DNA of 64,000 bases from an uncultured virus (IMG/VR IMGVR_UViG_3300020416_000007) (IMGVR_UViG_3300020416_000007), one strand, 5' to 3'. Numbered from the stretch's first letter, positions 1 to 10,998 are shown. A program made the numbers and translations. The notes: generated from the letters alone by a model not told the origin.

Positions 1-222
1 ACTTTGAGATTGTTTGTTGATGGTGTTCTAAAGGATACTGCAACTAGTGCATCATCTTATTATCCTCCAACTGACTTTGATATTCATATAGGTGATAGAC
101 AAAGTGGTGCAAGTTCTGGAAATTACCCATTCGGTGGGTACATGCAAGATTTTAGAATTACAAAAGGATTAGCAAGATATACCTCAACGTTTACACCACC
201 CTCTGCTGCGTTTGAGGGATAG
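1..222 (+). CDS. C-terminal fragment of a virion/fibre protein with LamG (ConA-like lectin) domain; 5' truncated by window
   Basis: RLFVDGV...IG...GYMQDFRITKGLARYTSTFTPP resembles the LamG-like C-terminus of marine myophage fibre proteins. Confidence 0.7.
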   Translation, partial: TLRLFVDGVLKDTATSASSYYPPTDFDIHIGDRQSGASSGNYPFGGYMQDFRITKGLARYTSTFTPPSAAFEG

Positions 223-224
223 TA

Positions 225-2204
225 ATGAGTAGGTCATTAGACATTGCTAAGATACTTCGTGCTACGGAGATCGATAATCCTAATAATTCTAGATTAATAA
301 CTACTTCTGCTGATTTAGGTGGTGGCATGGATTCTGCGGCCGTTCAATCAGTGCCTATGTTATATGTTGATACACTAGATTCTCTTCCTGGAAATAATTT
401 AGAAATAGGTCAACAAGCTTTTGTTAACGCCAATCGAAGACATTATGTTTCAAATGGATCTGGTTGGTACAACACACAGTACGTTATTAGTTCTTCGCCT
501 TATTGGGAAATAGAACCAGGCGATAGTGATAAAACAATAATTGACTCAGCAACTCCTCTTATCATCATAGCAAAAGCAAATGACTCGGATAATCCCAACC
601 TAGTTAATCAAAGCTTTGGTTCTGACTCTGCGCAATATATGGCTACTGTAACAAATGATTCATCAGTATTTACTTTTACACCAAAAACAAAAGCACAACT
701 AGCTGCAGCAATATCAGCTGGTAACTTAACAGATTCTAACGGTGATTTCGTTTATACATTTAAATGGTCAGACGGAACTAATTTCGTAGCTAAAGCAGTG
801 ACTATTGTATATAATACTGCAGGTGCGGCCGGTTGGTGGAATAGATTACTGTATACTGTTTCTCCCTCGGTAGGACGAGGAATTTCTGAAGCGCCAAACG
901 GTGATATTTACGTTTTTGGTGGCAGTAATAACTCATTTTTAGCAAAGTATAATTCTGCTGGTGAGGCACAGTGGGGAAAAACTTTAAACGCTAATGCATA
1001 CTATGCCAGACCAAAAACCGTTACATCAGATTCAACCTCTGCCTATACGGTGACTGCCGACTATGGGTATGGAGAAAACATGTCGGGATACCCTGATCCT
1101 CAGTTAGCACTGGCAATTAAATGGACATCTGCAGGTGCTATTACGTGGGCAAAGATAATAAAACCAACTACCACTACTACTAATTATGACAACTTTGTTC
1201 CTGAGCCAGGTGGCGGTCAACTAGATAGTTCTGGTAATCTATGGGTACTAGGAACTAGCAGAAGAGGTGGTAGTGGAGCAGTTGGAAGTCAACAATTGCG
1301 TGACACCTCCATTAGAAAGTTTTATATTGCAAAACTAAACGGAAGCACTGGTGCCTTAATGGGAATGTGGAAATTAAATTCCAATACTGATGAGCAGGCA
1401 AGCGACCAAAGTATAGTAATAGATGGAGATGATAACATTTATGTCTGTGGTGCACAATATCGTGATCACTCAGGTTATGGTTTTCCATCCATGTTGATAG
1501 CAAAATTCAATAGTTCGATGACTTTTCAGTGGGCTAAGATGTATGGTGTAAATGACTGGTATAAGGATGATAATGCATATATAGTAAGAGTAGATGCAAA
1601 TAATAATCCATATATAGTAGGTCATACCGATGATAATATTAATCCCGAAGCGGCAACATTGCTTAAACTTAATAAGAATAATGGTAGTATAGTATGGGGT
1701 AAAAAACATGAAGGTGAGGGTCATCAAGGTCTTGCGATAGATAATAATGATAACGTATGGGTACTTAGTATTGATGCGGATGAATCACCTTCAAGAATTA
1801 AACTACGTAAATATTCTAGTAATGGAACGATTCAGAATCAATGGGGGATTGATACTAATGTATCTAACTATAAGTTTAGCATGTCGCGGAATGCTTTACA
1901 AATTGCTTCAGATGGAAGTTTACTGATGAACTTTTATCACTACTACAGTGGTGTTTCTACTGAGCAATCACCTATTAAAATGCCTACATCTATTTTAGAT
2001 ACTGCAGGAACTTACGGTGATCTTATAATTTCTAATCAAACAGCTGAGGAAGCCACACATACTCCAAGCGCTCTAACCTTTGTTAGTTATTCTGGAACTG
2101 ATGTTGGAAGTTTATTTCAAACTGTTAACTATAACAGCGGTAGTTACGCAATAGAACCAACTGTAGCTCTTACAGTTTCTTCAGAAAATATTAGCACACT
2201 ATGA
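225..2204 (+). CDS. Putative virion/fibre protein: shared N-terminal module plus beta-propeller-like C-terminus
   Basis: Module YVSNGSGWYN...DSATPL...FTFTPK...AGNLTDSNGDF.YTFKWSDG shared with three paralogs; repeated D..GN.YV.G / AK.N..G...W.K blades. Confidence 0.65.
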   Translation: MSRSLDIAKILRATEIDNPNNSRLITTSADLGGGMDSAAVQSVPMLYVDTLDSLPGNNLEIGQQAFVNANRRHYVSNGSGWYNTQYVISSSPYWEIEPGDSDKTIIDSATPLIIIAKANDSDNPNLVNQSFGSDSAQYMATVTNDSSVFTFTPKTKAQLAAAISAGNLTDSNGDFVYTFKWSDGTNFVAKAVTIVYNTAGAAGWWNRLLYTVSPSVGRGISEAPNGDIYVFGGSNNSFLAKYNSAGEAQWGKTLNANAYYARPKTVTSDSTSAYTVTADYGYGENMSGYPDPQLALAIKWTSAGAITWAKIIKPTTTTTNYDNFVPEPGGGQLDSSGNLWVLGTSRRGGSGAVGSQQLRDTSIRKFYIAKLNGSTGALMGMWKLNSNTDEQASDQSIVIDGDDNIYVCGAQYRDHSGYGFPSMLIAKFNSSMTFQWAKMYGVNDWYKDDNAYIVRVDANNNPYIVGHTDDNINPEAATLLKLNKNNGSIVWGKKHEGEGHQGLAIDNNDNVWVLSIDADESPSRIKLRKYSSNGTIQNQWGIDTNVSNYKFSMSRNALQIASDGSLLMNFYHYYSGVSTEQSPIKMPTSILDTAGTYGDLIISNQTAEEATHTPSALTFVSYSGTDVGSLFQTVNYNSGSYAIEPTVALTVSSENISTL

Positions 2205-3805
2205 CTAGTTTTAACAGAAGAATAGCAGGATTAATTGGATCAACCGGTGATATAAAATCAACTGGTCTAAGTAATGTCACCAGTGGAGATGTTGTTTATT
2301 ACTCATCATTAGATAGTTTACCTGTTTCAGGACTTACTAAAGGTGACGCTGCATTTGTTGAAAGCACCAAAAGATTATTTGTTTCAAATGGATCAGGTTG
2401 GTACAATCTAGATTTTGAAGCAAGTGCAGCACCAACATGGGATAACGAACCAAGTGCTGAATATGAAATTACAGATTCGGCTACTCCTCTTACTATTATA
2501 GCTAAACCTGCAGATTCTGATAATCCAACATTGCTGAATCAAAGTTTTGCAAGTGATTCAGCTCAATACATGTCAACTATATCCAATGACTCTTCAGTAT
2601 GGACGTTTACACCTAAAACAAAAAACGAGATAGCGGCTGCGGTTGCAGCAGGAAATTTAACAGACTCTAACGGTGACTTCATCTATACGTTTAAATGGTC
2701 AGATGGAATAAGCATTATATCAAAAGCTGTTACAATAGCATATAATCCTGGAGCTCCAGGTGTAGGATTTTCATCTTCTCCTACTGAACAAAATGGAGGA
2801 ATTACAGTAGGTAGTTTTACGTCATCTGTAACTGGTCAAACATTTTATTATAGTAATCAAGTGGTAAACCCAGATAATGCTTTAGGTACAAGAGCATACT
2901 TTGATACTGAACCCGGAGGAAAATTTTATCTTGCGATGATAGGTGCAGGTGGTGGATCAGGTTATTCAAGTTCTAACCGCGCCAATTATGGTGGCAATGG
3001 TGGAGTTGGCATGGTAGAAGTTACTGTACCACCAGGCGTAACTCAAATGTCATTATACGCAGGTGGCGGAGGTAAGGGTGCAAGTAGTGGTGATGATGGA
3101 TTTTATGGTGGGGGTGATCCTGGCTCTAGTGGATCTTATCATTTTAGTGTTGGAGGTGGCGGTTACACTGCGCTCTTTTCTGGCATAAACAATACATTTT
3201 CTGACCTTGTTGCAATAGTTGGTGGAGGCGGAGGTGGAGGCAACTCTACTAACTTTAAAGGTGGACACGGTGGCGGTATTAATCAAGGTGGTACAAATGG
3301 AACTGGATCTCCTACACTAGATTATGGTGGAGGTGGTAATGTAAATAGTGGTGGGCATGCTGCATATGAGTCACACTCTTACTCCTCATCTAACGCAACT
3401 GCTGGATCTCAATTACAAGGTGGAGATGGATCTGATTCACAATATGATGGTGGATCAGGTGGAGGCGGTGGCCGTTACGGCGGAGGAGGTGGTGGTGGAG
3501 GCTACTACAGAACTGGTGGACCAGGTGGCGGTGGATCTGGTTGGGCAGATGCAAACTATGTAACGTTACTACAGTATAATGGTTCTGATGCAACTCAAAC
3601 TGGTGCAAATTGGAACCAGTATACTTTAATGAATTATGTTCGACAACAAAGTGGTGCGACAGATTTTACTTCAGGACCTATTGGTAAATATGGTCAAGGT
3701 TCGCAGGCCACAAATCCTACAAGCTACCCAACTCCGGCTAGCCCAGGTAATACAGGACTTAATCCTCGCGCTGGTCATGGAATGTGGATAATCTGGACAG
3801 ATTAA
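2201..3805 (+). CDS. Putative virion/fibre protein: shared N-terminal module plus glycine-rich domain
   Basis: Same module as 225..2204; C-terminal GAGGG/GGGGGG-rich domain; ATGA overlap with upstream gene. Confidence 0.65.
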   Translation: MTSFNRRIAGLIGSTGDIKSTGLSNVTSGDVVYYSSLDSLPVSGLTKGDAAFVESTKRLFVSNGSGWYNLDFEASAAPTWDNEPSAEYEITDSATPLTIIAKPADSDNPTLLNQSFASDSAQYMSTISNDSSVWTFTPKTKNEIAAAVAAGNLTDSNGDFIYTFKWSDGISIISKAVTIAYNPGAPGVGFSSSPTEQNGGITVGSFTSSVTGQTFYYSNQVVNPDNALGTRAYFDTEPGGKFYLAMIGAGGGSGYSSSNRANYGGNGGVGMVEVTVPPGVTQMSLYAGGGGKGASSGDDGFYGGGDPGSSGSYHFSVGGGGYTALFSGINNTFSDLVAIVGGGGGGGNSTNFKGGHGGGINQGGTNGTGSPTLDYGGGGNVNSGGHAAYESHSYSSSNATAGSQLQGGDGSDSQYDGGSGGGGGRYGGGGGGGGYYRTGGPGGGGSGWADANYVTLLQYNGSDATQTGANWNQYTLMNYVRQQSGATDFTSGPIGKYGQGSQATNPTSYPTPASPGNTGLNPRAGHGMWIIWTD

Positions 3806-3818
3806 AAGACACATCTGT

Positions 3819-3826
3819 TATAAATA
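3819..3826 (+). promoter_or_regulatory. T4-type late promoter TATAAATA upstream of gp13
   Basis: Exact TATAAATA in the intergenic gap; gp55 is encoded in the window. Confidence 0.8.
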
Positions 3827-3857
3827 GTACCAAATAATTTTAGTTTGGAGACTATTA

Positions 3858-4613
3858 ATGGCAAACCCAGCATCAAGACAGGACCTTATAGATTATGCCA
3901 AGCGACGTCTTGGTGATCCAGTTCTAGAAATAAATGTAGACGAAGATCAAATGGAAGATCGTGTAGATGAAGCTCTACAATACTATCAAGAATTTCATTC
4001 AGACGCTACGGTTAGAACATACCTAAAACATCAGATTACTACTACTGATATTGCTAATGAATACATTCCTATATCTTCGAATGTATTGACAGTAACGCGT
4101 TTATTTCCAATGGCATCATCCTTTGGTACATCATTTAATTTCTTTGATATAAAATATCAAATGATGCTAAATGATATTGCCGATCTCCAAAACTTTGCAG
4201 GTGATCTAGCTTATTACGAACAGATGCAGCAATACCTATCAATACTTGATATGAAATTAAATGGTACACCACAAGTACAGTGGTCTAGACATCAAGATAG
4301 ATTACATATCTTTGGTGACTTTGCAGATAAAGATATTTTAGCAGGTGAGTTTGTAGTTGCAGAAGTTTATACAATTATAGATCCAGAAACACATACATCA
4401 ATATACAATGATATGTGGCTAAAAGATTATACATGTGCATTGTTTAAACAACAATGGGGTATGAATTTAATTAAATTCGAAGGTGTACAGCTACCTGGTG
4501 GTGTAACCTTTAACGGTAGACAACTATACGATGATGGAACTTCAGAAATAGAAAGGTTAAGAGAATCCATTAGACTAGAGCATGAAATGCCAGTAGATTT
4601 CTTTATAGGATAA
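3858..4613 (+). CDS. gp13: Neck protein gp13
   Basis: LIDYAKRRLGDPVLEINV...QQWGMNLIKFEGVQLPGGVTFNG; T4 synteny. Confidence 0.93.
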   Translation: MANPASRQDLIDYAKRRLGDPVLEINVDEDQMEDRVDEALQYYQEFHSDATVRTYLKHQITTTDIANEYIPISSNVLTVTRLFPMASSFGTSFNFFDIKYQMMLNDIADLQNFAGDLAYYEQMQQYLSILDMKLNGTPQVQWSRHQDRLHIFGDFADKDILAGEFVVAEVYTIIDPETHTSIYNDMWLKDYTCALFKQQWGMNLIKFEGVQLPGGVTFNGRQLYDDGTSEIERLRESIRLEHEMPVDFFIG

Positions 4614-4617
4614 CATA

Positions 4618-5817
4618 ATGGCCCGTAACCTTTACTTCTCTGAAAAAGTAAGATCAGAAATGGATCTCTATGCCGACCTGGTTATAGAGGCTCTAAAAAT
4701 ATACGGGCAAGATGTTTATTATCTACCTCGTGAATTAATGAATGAAGATGACTTACTTGGTGAAGATCCAACATCTAGATTTCCAACATCTCATAAAATT
4801 GAAATGTACATTGAAAATGTTGAAGGCTTTGACGGAGAAGGTGATCTATTCACAAGGTTTGGTGTAGAGATTAGAGATGAAGCAACATTTGTAGTTGCTA
4901 GGACTAGATTTTCTGCACAGGTTCGAAGACCAGATAATGAGATAACAGTTGACAGGCCGGCCGAAGGTGATTTAATTTATTTACCTTTAGCAAACAAAAT
5001 GTTTGAGATACAGCATGTAGAACATGAACAACCTTTCTATCAAATAGAAAATTTACCTGTATACAAAATGCGGTGTACTCTATTCGAATACACTGGAGAA
5101 GATTTCGATACAAGCATTGAAGGTATACAGGATATCGAGAAGACAGGTTCTTACCAGTACAAAGTTTGTGTTACCGGTACTGCAGATGCAGAAGCTACAG
5201 CGGAACTTGGATTTACAACCTACGATAGTCCAATTGGATCTGTTGGTGGCGTGAAACTCATTACACTAGACAGAGGTGGAGCATACTACACAACTGCACC
5301 TTCAGTTAGATTTGTCGGTGGCGGAGACAGCAGCTTTACATTAGGTGATAGCGCTGCAGCTACTGCAGTGTTTGACGCTGCATCCGGAACAGTCACTGGT
5401 ATTACACTAACCGATAGTGGTACGAATTATGCAACACTACCTACAATACAGTTTATCGGTGGAAACCTAGGTGTAGATTCAGATTACAGAGTTGGCGATA
5501 CAGTTGCACAACAACTATCGTCTACTGCTACAATCAGTGGTGAGATTCAAAGGATCGTACTTGATTCTGCTGGTGATTCAGATATGTGTCTATTCCTTGC
5601 ACACGTTGGCACAGACGATGGTCAATATCATACATTCGCAGCTGGTGGAGAATTGATAAATACTACGAGAAGCGGAATCATTGGCCGCGGCTTAACCATT
5701 GTAGGTGTAACTGAAGATAATAAAATATCTGAAACAGAACAGAACGATATATTCGAAAACTTAAGTGATGACTTCTTAGACTTTAGCGAAGATAATCCAT
5801 TTGGAGATCCACAGTAA
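4618..5817 (+). CDS. gp14: Neck protein gp14 with internal insertion
   Basis: IYGQDVYYLPR, FTRFGVEIRDE, RPAEGDLIY, C-terminal DFSEDNPFG. Confidence 0.9.
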   Translation: MARNLYFSEKVRSEMDLYADLVIEALKIYGQDVYYLPRELMNEDDLLGEDPTSRFPTSHKIEMYIENVEGFDGEGDLFTRFGVEIRDEATFVVARTRFSAQVRRPDNEITVDRPAEGDLIYLPLANKMFEIQHVEHEQPFYQIENLPVYKMRCTLFEYTGEDFDTSIEGIQDIEKTGSYQYKVCVTGTADAEATAELGFTTYDSPIGSVGGVKLITLDRGGAYYTTAPSVRFVGGGDSSFTLGDSAAATAVFDAASGTVTGITLTDSGTNYATLPTIQFIGGNLGVDSDYRVGDTVAQQLSSTATISGEIQRIVLDSAGDSDMCLFLAHVGTDDGQYHTFAAGGELINTTRSGIIGRGLTIVGVTEDNKISETEQNDIFENLSDDFLDFSEDNPFGDPQ

Positions 5818-6611
5818 TGTTTGGTACATATTTCTACCATGAGAAAATTAGAAAATCTGTTTCATTGTTTGGACGGATGTTTAATAACATTTATGTTATG
5901 CGTAAAAATTCTACTGGTGGAGTTATCAATCAATTGAAGGTGCCTTTAGCATATGCACCTCGTATGAAATACTTAGAAAGACTTAGACAAAATCCGGATT
6001 TATATACAGATGAAAAGGTAGCGATTAAGTTACCACGTATGTCATTTGAAATTACTAGCTTTATATACGATAACACTAGACAATTAACTAAAGTAAGTAA
6101 CTTTAAAACAGTAGGAACTGAACCTGGAAAAAGGCAGAAGTTTAATACACCAGTTCCATACACTCTTACATTTGATTTAAACATATACGCTAGAAATCAA
6201 GATGATGCATTACAAATTGTGGAACAAATTCTACCTACATTCAATCCACAATACACTTTGACGATCAAACCATTTCCAGATGAATATCCTACTTTTAAAG
6301 AAGATATTCCTATAATAATTATTGGCGTAAACTTTTCAGACGATTTTGAAGCAGACTACGGTAATCGCAGAACGATAATATATACATTATCATTTGAAAT
6401 GAAAGTTGTATTTTACGGTCCAATAAATACAGGTGATATAATTAGAAAAGCAGTTCCACATCTATTCTTAATGGATACTGGAGCACAAGGTGATTCTGAT
6501 AAATTATTAGAAACAATAACGGTCACGCCCGACCCCTTAACTACGATTGGTATGCCCGATAGCGATTTCGGTTTTAGTACTGAAATCGATTTAGCCTTTG
6601 ATAGCGCATAA
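5817..6611 (+). CDS. gp15: Tail sheath stabilizer/terminator gp15
   Basis: FYHEKIRK..FG..FNNI, LPRMSFE, QIVEQILPTFNP; synteny. Confidence 0.92.
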   Translation: MFGTYFYHEKIRKSVSLFGRMFNNIYVMRKNSTGGVINQLKVPLAYAPRMKYLERLRQNPDLYTDEKVAIKLPRMSFEITSFIYDNTRQLTKVSNFKTVGTEPGKRQKFNTPVPYTLTFDLNIYARNQDDALQIVEQILPTFNPQYTLTIKPFPDEYPTFKEDIPIIIIGVNFSDDFEADYGNRRTIIYTLSFEMKVVFYGPINTGDIIRKAVPHLFLMDTGAQGDSDKLLETITVTPDPLTTIGMPDSDFGFSTEIDLAFDSA

Positions 6612-6621
6612 GGAGAAGTAA

Positions 6622-7209
6622 ATGGCTATTACACTTAGAAATACAAAAGGCAGTGAACTTACGTTTACAGAACTGGACGCCAATTTCACTCACCTTGACG
6701 GAAGAATAGATTCAACCGGAGATTCCGGTTATATAAAAGGAATAGTTGATACTGCATATTTAGAAAGTATCGTTGATTCTGCATATGTAAACAATAGAGT
6801 AAATGCTGCTAATTCACTTGATTCATCTGAAGCTATTGCTCTTATTGATTCAGCGTATATACAAGCAAGACAAGTAGATCTACAACGAGATTCTGCTTTT
6901 GTTACTAGTATTGTTGATTCAGCTTATATTTTAGCAATATCTCCTAACCAAGATTTTTTAGATTCTGCTGAAACAATTGCCTTAATTGATTCTGATCACA
7001 TTGAATCAAGAATGAAACAAGTTTTATTAAATCCATTTACGGTTGCATCTGCGCCTAGCACTGGAGTAGAAGGCCAGTTAATTTATGTTACAGATGGTAA
7101 TGCCGGCGATGCATGTCTTGCGGTATTTAGTGGTGGCACATTTAAAGTTGTATCAACAATTGGTGCTACGATACTTGATTCTGCTGGTGGTGGTGGCGGA
7201 GGCTTCTAA
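6622..7209 (+). CDS. Putative virion protein with DSA repeats
   Basis: LRNTKGSELTFTELDANF N-terminus typical of fibre/baseplate-type proteins; ten Asp-Ser dipeptides in 195 aa. Confidence 0.6.
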   Translation: MAITLRNTKGSELTFTELDANFTHLDGRIDSTGDSGYIKGIVDTAYLESIVDSAYVNNRVNAANSLDSSEAIALIDSAYIQARQVDLQRDSAFVTSIVDSAYILAISPNQDFLDSAETIALIDSDHIESRMKQVLLNPFTVASAPSTGVEGQLIYVTDGNAGDACLAVFSGGTFKVVSTIGATILDSAGGGGGGF

Positions 7210-7565
7210 TGGCAGACGAACTAGATAATGATTATAAGTATTCAAAGGAAACTCTTTACAATTTAATTGAAAAAGGTAAAGACGCTTTAGATGATATGAT
7301 TGATGTCGCACGATCAAGTGAACATCCTCGAGCGTATGAGGTTTTGTCCGGACTTATAAAAAACGTAGCAGATGTAAATGATAAACTACAAGACTTAAAC
7401 AAAAAGCAAAAGCAATTGACACAGGAAGATGAACAGCCTGCACAGATTGAGAATCAACAAAATAATTTTTATTTAGGATCGACCGCAGAGATTCAAAAAA
7501 TGTTGAGACAGGAAGATGATGTAATAGATGCTAATGCAGAACGAATCGTACCTAGGGAATCCTAA
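7209..7565 (+). CDS. gp16: Terminase small subunit gp16
   Basis: LYNLIEKG...SEHPRAYEVL...GSTAEIQKML; immediately upstream of gp17. Confidence 0.88.
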   Translation: MADELDNDYKYSKETLYNLIEKGKDALDDMIDVARSSEHPRAYEVLSGLIKNVADVNDKLQDLNKKQKQLTQEDEQPAQIENQQNNFYLGSTAEIQKMLRQEDDVIDANAERIVPRES

Positions 7566-9156
7566 TGTTAAAAGAGATGGTGTACTACAAAAATGGACAC
7601 CTGATCTTTTAAGAGAATACAAGCGTTGTATGACAGATCCGATATACTTTGCTGAAAAGTATGTCAAAGTTATATCGTTAGATCAAGGCTTAGTTCCCTT
7701 TCTTCTGTATCCATATCAAAAACAAATGTTTGATCAATTTCAACAGAATAGATTTAACGTAGTTTTGGCATGTAGACAGTCAGGTAAATCAATATCAGCA
7801 TGTGCTTATCTCTTATGGTTTGCACTATTTAATCCTGAAAAGACAATTGCCATATTAGCAAACAAAGGAGCAACTGCCCGTGAAATGTTATCGCGAATCA
7901 CACTCATGCTGGAAAACGTACCTTTCTTTTTGCAGCCAGGATCTAAAGCGCTTAACAAAGGCAGCTTGGAATTCTCTAATAATTCACGTATACTTGCTGC
8001 TGCTACTAGTGGTTCCTCCATTCGCGGCATGTCTGTCAATCTTTTATATCTTGATGAATTTGCTTTCGTAGAAAGAGCTGCAGAATTTTATACATCTACA
8101 TATCCAGTTGTATCTGCAGGTAAAGATACAAAGGTTATAATCACCTCAACAGCAAATGGTATAGGCAATCAATTCCATAAGATATGGGAAGGATCTGTAC
8201 AAGGTATTAATGAGTTTAAATCATTTAGAGTTGATTGGTGGGATGTACCAGGCAGAGATGATAAATGGAAAATAGAAACTGTAGCAAATACTAGTCAACT
8301 GCAATTTGATCAGGAGTTTGGTAATACGTTCTTTGGTACAGGCGATACTCTTGTCAATGCCGAAACTTTATTAGGGTTAAGAGCTAAGCCTGCCATAAGA
8401 TATATGGAAGGTGGTAACTTAAAAGTATATGAAGAACCTATAGAAAAACACGATTACATCATGACTGTAGATGTTTCGAAGGGAAGAGGCCAGGACTATT
8501 CTACTTTTACTCTGATCGATATTAGCGTTCGCCCGTTTAAACAGGTTGCTGTATATCGCAACAACACTATCTCGCCTATTCTCTTCCCAAATATTATTTA
8601 TAAATACGCTAAACCCTACAATGAAGCTTATGTAGTAGTAGAATCAAATGATCAAGGTGGCGTAGTTTGTAATGGATTATATCATGATTTAGAATATGAG
8701 AATGTGCATGTTGAATCTTCCGTAAAAGCAAATGCTATAGGAATTGAAATTAATAGAAAAACAAAAAGGCTTGGTTGTTCTGCAATAAAAGATATATTAG
8801 AAAATAATAAACTTAATATTGTGGATGAACAAACTATTTTAGAAATATCTACTTTTGAAGCCAAAGGACAATCTTATGAAGCATCGGATGGTAACCATGA
8901 CGATTTAATGATGAACTTAGTTATGTTTGGCTATTTTGTAACCACACAATTTTTTACAGATATGACTGACATTAACTTAAAGCAAATGATGTTCGAACAA
9001 AAGATGAAAGATATAGAAAATGATGTTGTTCCATTTGGATTCATTGATGACGGATCTGCTGCAATTGCAGCAATTGAGCATCAGGAGGATCCATGGAAGA
9101 TACGAGAGGCTGATACAGAACGGTTTGTGTGGGACCCTGATGATATGCCTTTGTAA
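7528..9156 (+). CDS. gp17: Terminase large subunit gp17
   Basis: Walker A RQSGKS, Walker B LYLDEFAF, ITSTANG, nuclease DVSKGRGQDYS and HDDLMM. Confidence 0.97.
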   Translation: MLMQNESYLGNPNVKRDGVLQKWTPDLLREYKRCMTDPIYFAEKYVKVISLDQGLVPFLLYPYQKQMFDQFQQNRFNVVLACRQSGKSISACAYLLWFALFNPEKTIAILANKGATAREMLSRITLMLENVPFFLQPGSKALNKGSLEFSNNSRILAAATSGSSIRGMSVNLLYLDEFAFVERAAEFYTSTYPVVSAGKDTKVIITSTANGIGNQFHKIWEGSVQGINEFKSFRVDWWDVPGRDDKWKIETVANTSQLQFDQEFGNTFFGTGDTLVNAETLLGLRAKPAIRYMEGGNLKVYEEPIEKHDYIMTVDVSKGRGQDYSTFTLIDISVRPFKQVAVYRNNTISPILFPNIIYKYAKPYNEAYVVVESNDQGGVVCNGLYHDLEYENVHVESSVKANAIGIEINRKTKRLGCSAIKDILENNKLNIVDEQTILEISTFEAKGQSYEASDGNHDDLMMNLVMFGYFVTTQFFTDMTDINLKQMMFEQKMKDIENDVVPFGFIDDGSAAIAAIEHQEDPWKIREADTERFVWDPDDMPL

Positions 9157-9167
9157 TTATATAATAT

Positions 9168-9175
9168 TATAAATA
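9168..9175 (+). promoter_or_regulatory. T4-type late promoter upstream of gp18
   Basis: Exact intergenic TATAAATA. Confidence 0.8.
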
Positions 9176-9233
9176 ATAGTACAATTGACTAATCGTATTA
9201 TGGGACATATAATTTTTAATAGAGGAAGATAAC

Positions 9234-10988
9234 ATGGCACTTTCAACACCGTCTGCTTCTCCAGCGGTTGTCGTCAAAGAAATAGATCTGACTGGTGGCG
9301 TTCCAAACGTTCAGTCAACTACTGGCGCAATTGTTGGGAACTTTCGCTGGGGGCCTGCTGAACAACGCATAGATATTGATAACGAGACATCGTTAGTATC
9401 AACGTTTGCTTCACCAGACTCAGCAAATACCATCGACTTCCATAGCGCTTCTTATTTCTTACGTTACTCTGGTTCTTTACAAGTTGTACGTGAGGTAACA
9501 TCTTCTGCTAAGAATGCTCGGTCTACTATTGGCCAGCTCGGAACAGATAATGACGGTACCTTACCTATGGAATTGGTAAAGAATGCAGATGACTTCGCTG
9601 CACAGGAAGCAGCCTTGGATTCCGATTCACACACACTTATCGCACGATATCCTGGTGCACTAGGTAACTCAATACGAGTTTCCGTCTGTCCACCTAGGGA
9701 TTCTGCATTTAATGCATGGTCATATAAAGATGAATTCGATGCCGCACCAGGCACATCTAACTATGCATCAACAAGAGCAGCAACCAATGATGAAATTCAC
9801 GTTGTAGTCGTAGACAATGGCGGAGAACTTACAGGAACAAAAGGAACAATACTAGAACGTTATCCATTTGTTTCAGTTGCATCAGATGCAAAAAATACTG
9901 ACGGAACAACTAACTACGCTAAAGATGTTGTAAACGGAAGATCAGAGTATATCAATTGGGTAAACTTTGATTCTGATTATAGCGTTGCGCGTGGTAACGG
10001 TACCGTTGATTCTGGAGATAATTTTGATCCAGGCTTAACAGTAGCAACAGACCACACCTTTACAAAAGGTGCAAACTCAGGCGTATTAGGCACAAGCGAA
10101 TACTTACAAGGTTACGATCTATTTGAAGATAAAGATATCACCGAAGTTGATTTCTTAATTGCACCTTCAATGGTATCACGAACCGATCAAGTAACTGTGG
10201 TTAATGATCTAATAGCAACAGCAGAAAACTTACGTAAAGACTGTGTTGTTACAGCATCGCCTGCAAGATCAGATGTAATTAACTTGACTAACACTGCAAC
10301 AATTACATCAAACATTACGACAACATCAGCCGCAATGACTAACTCATCATACTTAGTTGCCGATGGTAACTTTATCAAAGTATACGATAAGTATAATGAT
10401 CAGTTCATTCAAATTCCAGCAGCATCATCAACCGCTGGTATTATGGCTGCGACAGATCTTAACCGAGCTCCATGGTTCTCACCAGCTGGTGCGCGGCGAG
10501 GTCAATACTTAGGAATCACTGCAATTAGTTGGTCTCCAACAAAAGCACAAAGAGATACACTATATAAAGCAGGTGTAAATCCGATTGCAAATATTCCAGG
10601 TCAAGGTGTCTTACTGTTTGGTGACAAAACAAAACTAGGTCGTCCATCTGCATTCGATAGGATTAACGTACGAAGGCTATTCTTAGTCTTAGAACGTGCT
10701 ATCGGCAAAGCAGCTGAACAGGTTATGTTTGAGTTCAACGATGAGTTTACTCGAGCAGAATTTGTCAACATTGTAGAACCAGTACTTAGAGAAGTAAAAG
10801 GTCGAAGAGGTATTACAGACTTTAGAGTTGTCTGTGATGAAACCAACAATACAGCGTCCGTGGTTGACAGAAATGAGTTTATAGCTAATATCTTTATTAA
10901 GCCGGCTCGTTCGATCAACTATGTCACTCTTAACTTTGTTGCTGTTCGAACCGGTGTTGACTTCGAAGAAGTCGTAGGCACGGTGTAA
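9234..10988 (+). CDS. gp18: Tail sheath protein gp18
   Basis: SPAVVVKEIDLT, PWFSPAG, FDRINVRRLF, FEFNDEFTR, IKPARSINY. Confidence 0.97.
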   Translation: MALSTPSASPAVVVKEIDLTGGVPNVQSTTGAIVGNFRWGPAEQRIDIDNETSLVSTFASPDSANTIDFHSASYFLRYSGSLQVVREVTSSAKNARSTIGQLGTDNDGTLPMELVKNADDFAAQEAALDSDSHTLIARYPGALGNSIRVSVCPPRDSAFNAWSYKDEFDAAPGTSNYASTRAATNDEIHVVVVDNGGELTGTKGTILERYPFVSVASDAKNTDGTTNYAKDVVNGRSEYINWVNFDSDYSVARGNGTVDSGDNFDPGLTVATDHTFTKGANSGVLGTSEYLQGYDLFEDKDITEVDFLIAPSMVSRTDQVTVVNDLIATAENLRKDCVVTASPARSDVINLTNTATITSNITTTSAAMTNSSYLVADGNFIKVYDKYNDQFIQIPAASSTAGIMAATDLNRAPWFSPAGARRGQYLGITAISWSPTKAQRDTLYKAGVNPIANIPGQGVLLFGDKTKLGRPSAFDRINVRRLFLVLERAIGKAAEQVMFEFNDEFTRAEFVNIVEPVLREVKGRRGITDFRVVCDETNNTASVVDRNEFIANIFIKPARSINYVTLNFVAVRTGVDFEEVVGTV

Positions 10989-10998
10989 GGAGGTAACA

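Noticed and set aside
2930..3540. GGT/GGA-rich repetitive DNA
   Set aside because: Explained by glycine codons of a Gly-rich domain; not a spaced repeat array.
6622..7209. DS repeats as a DNA-level array of GANTC (CcrM) sites
   Set aside because: GAY-TCN does spell GANTC, but DS motifs in other structural genes use GAT-AGT/GAC-AGY codons (e.g. 20825 ORF, gp14), favouring protein-level selection.
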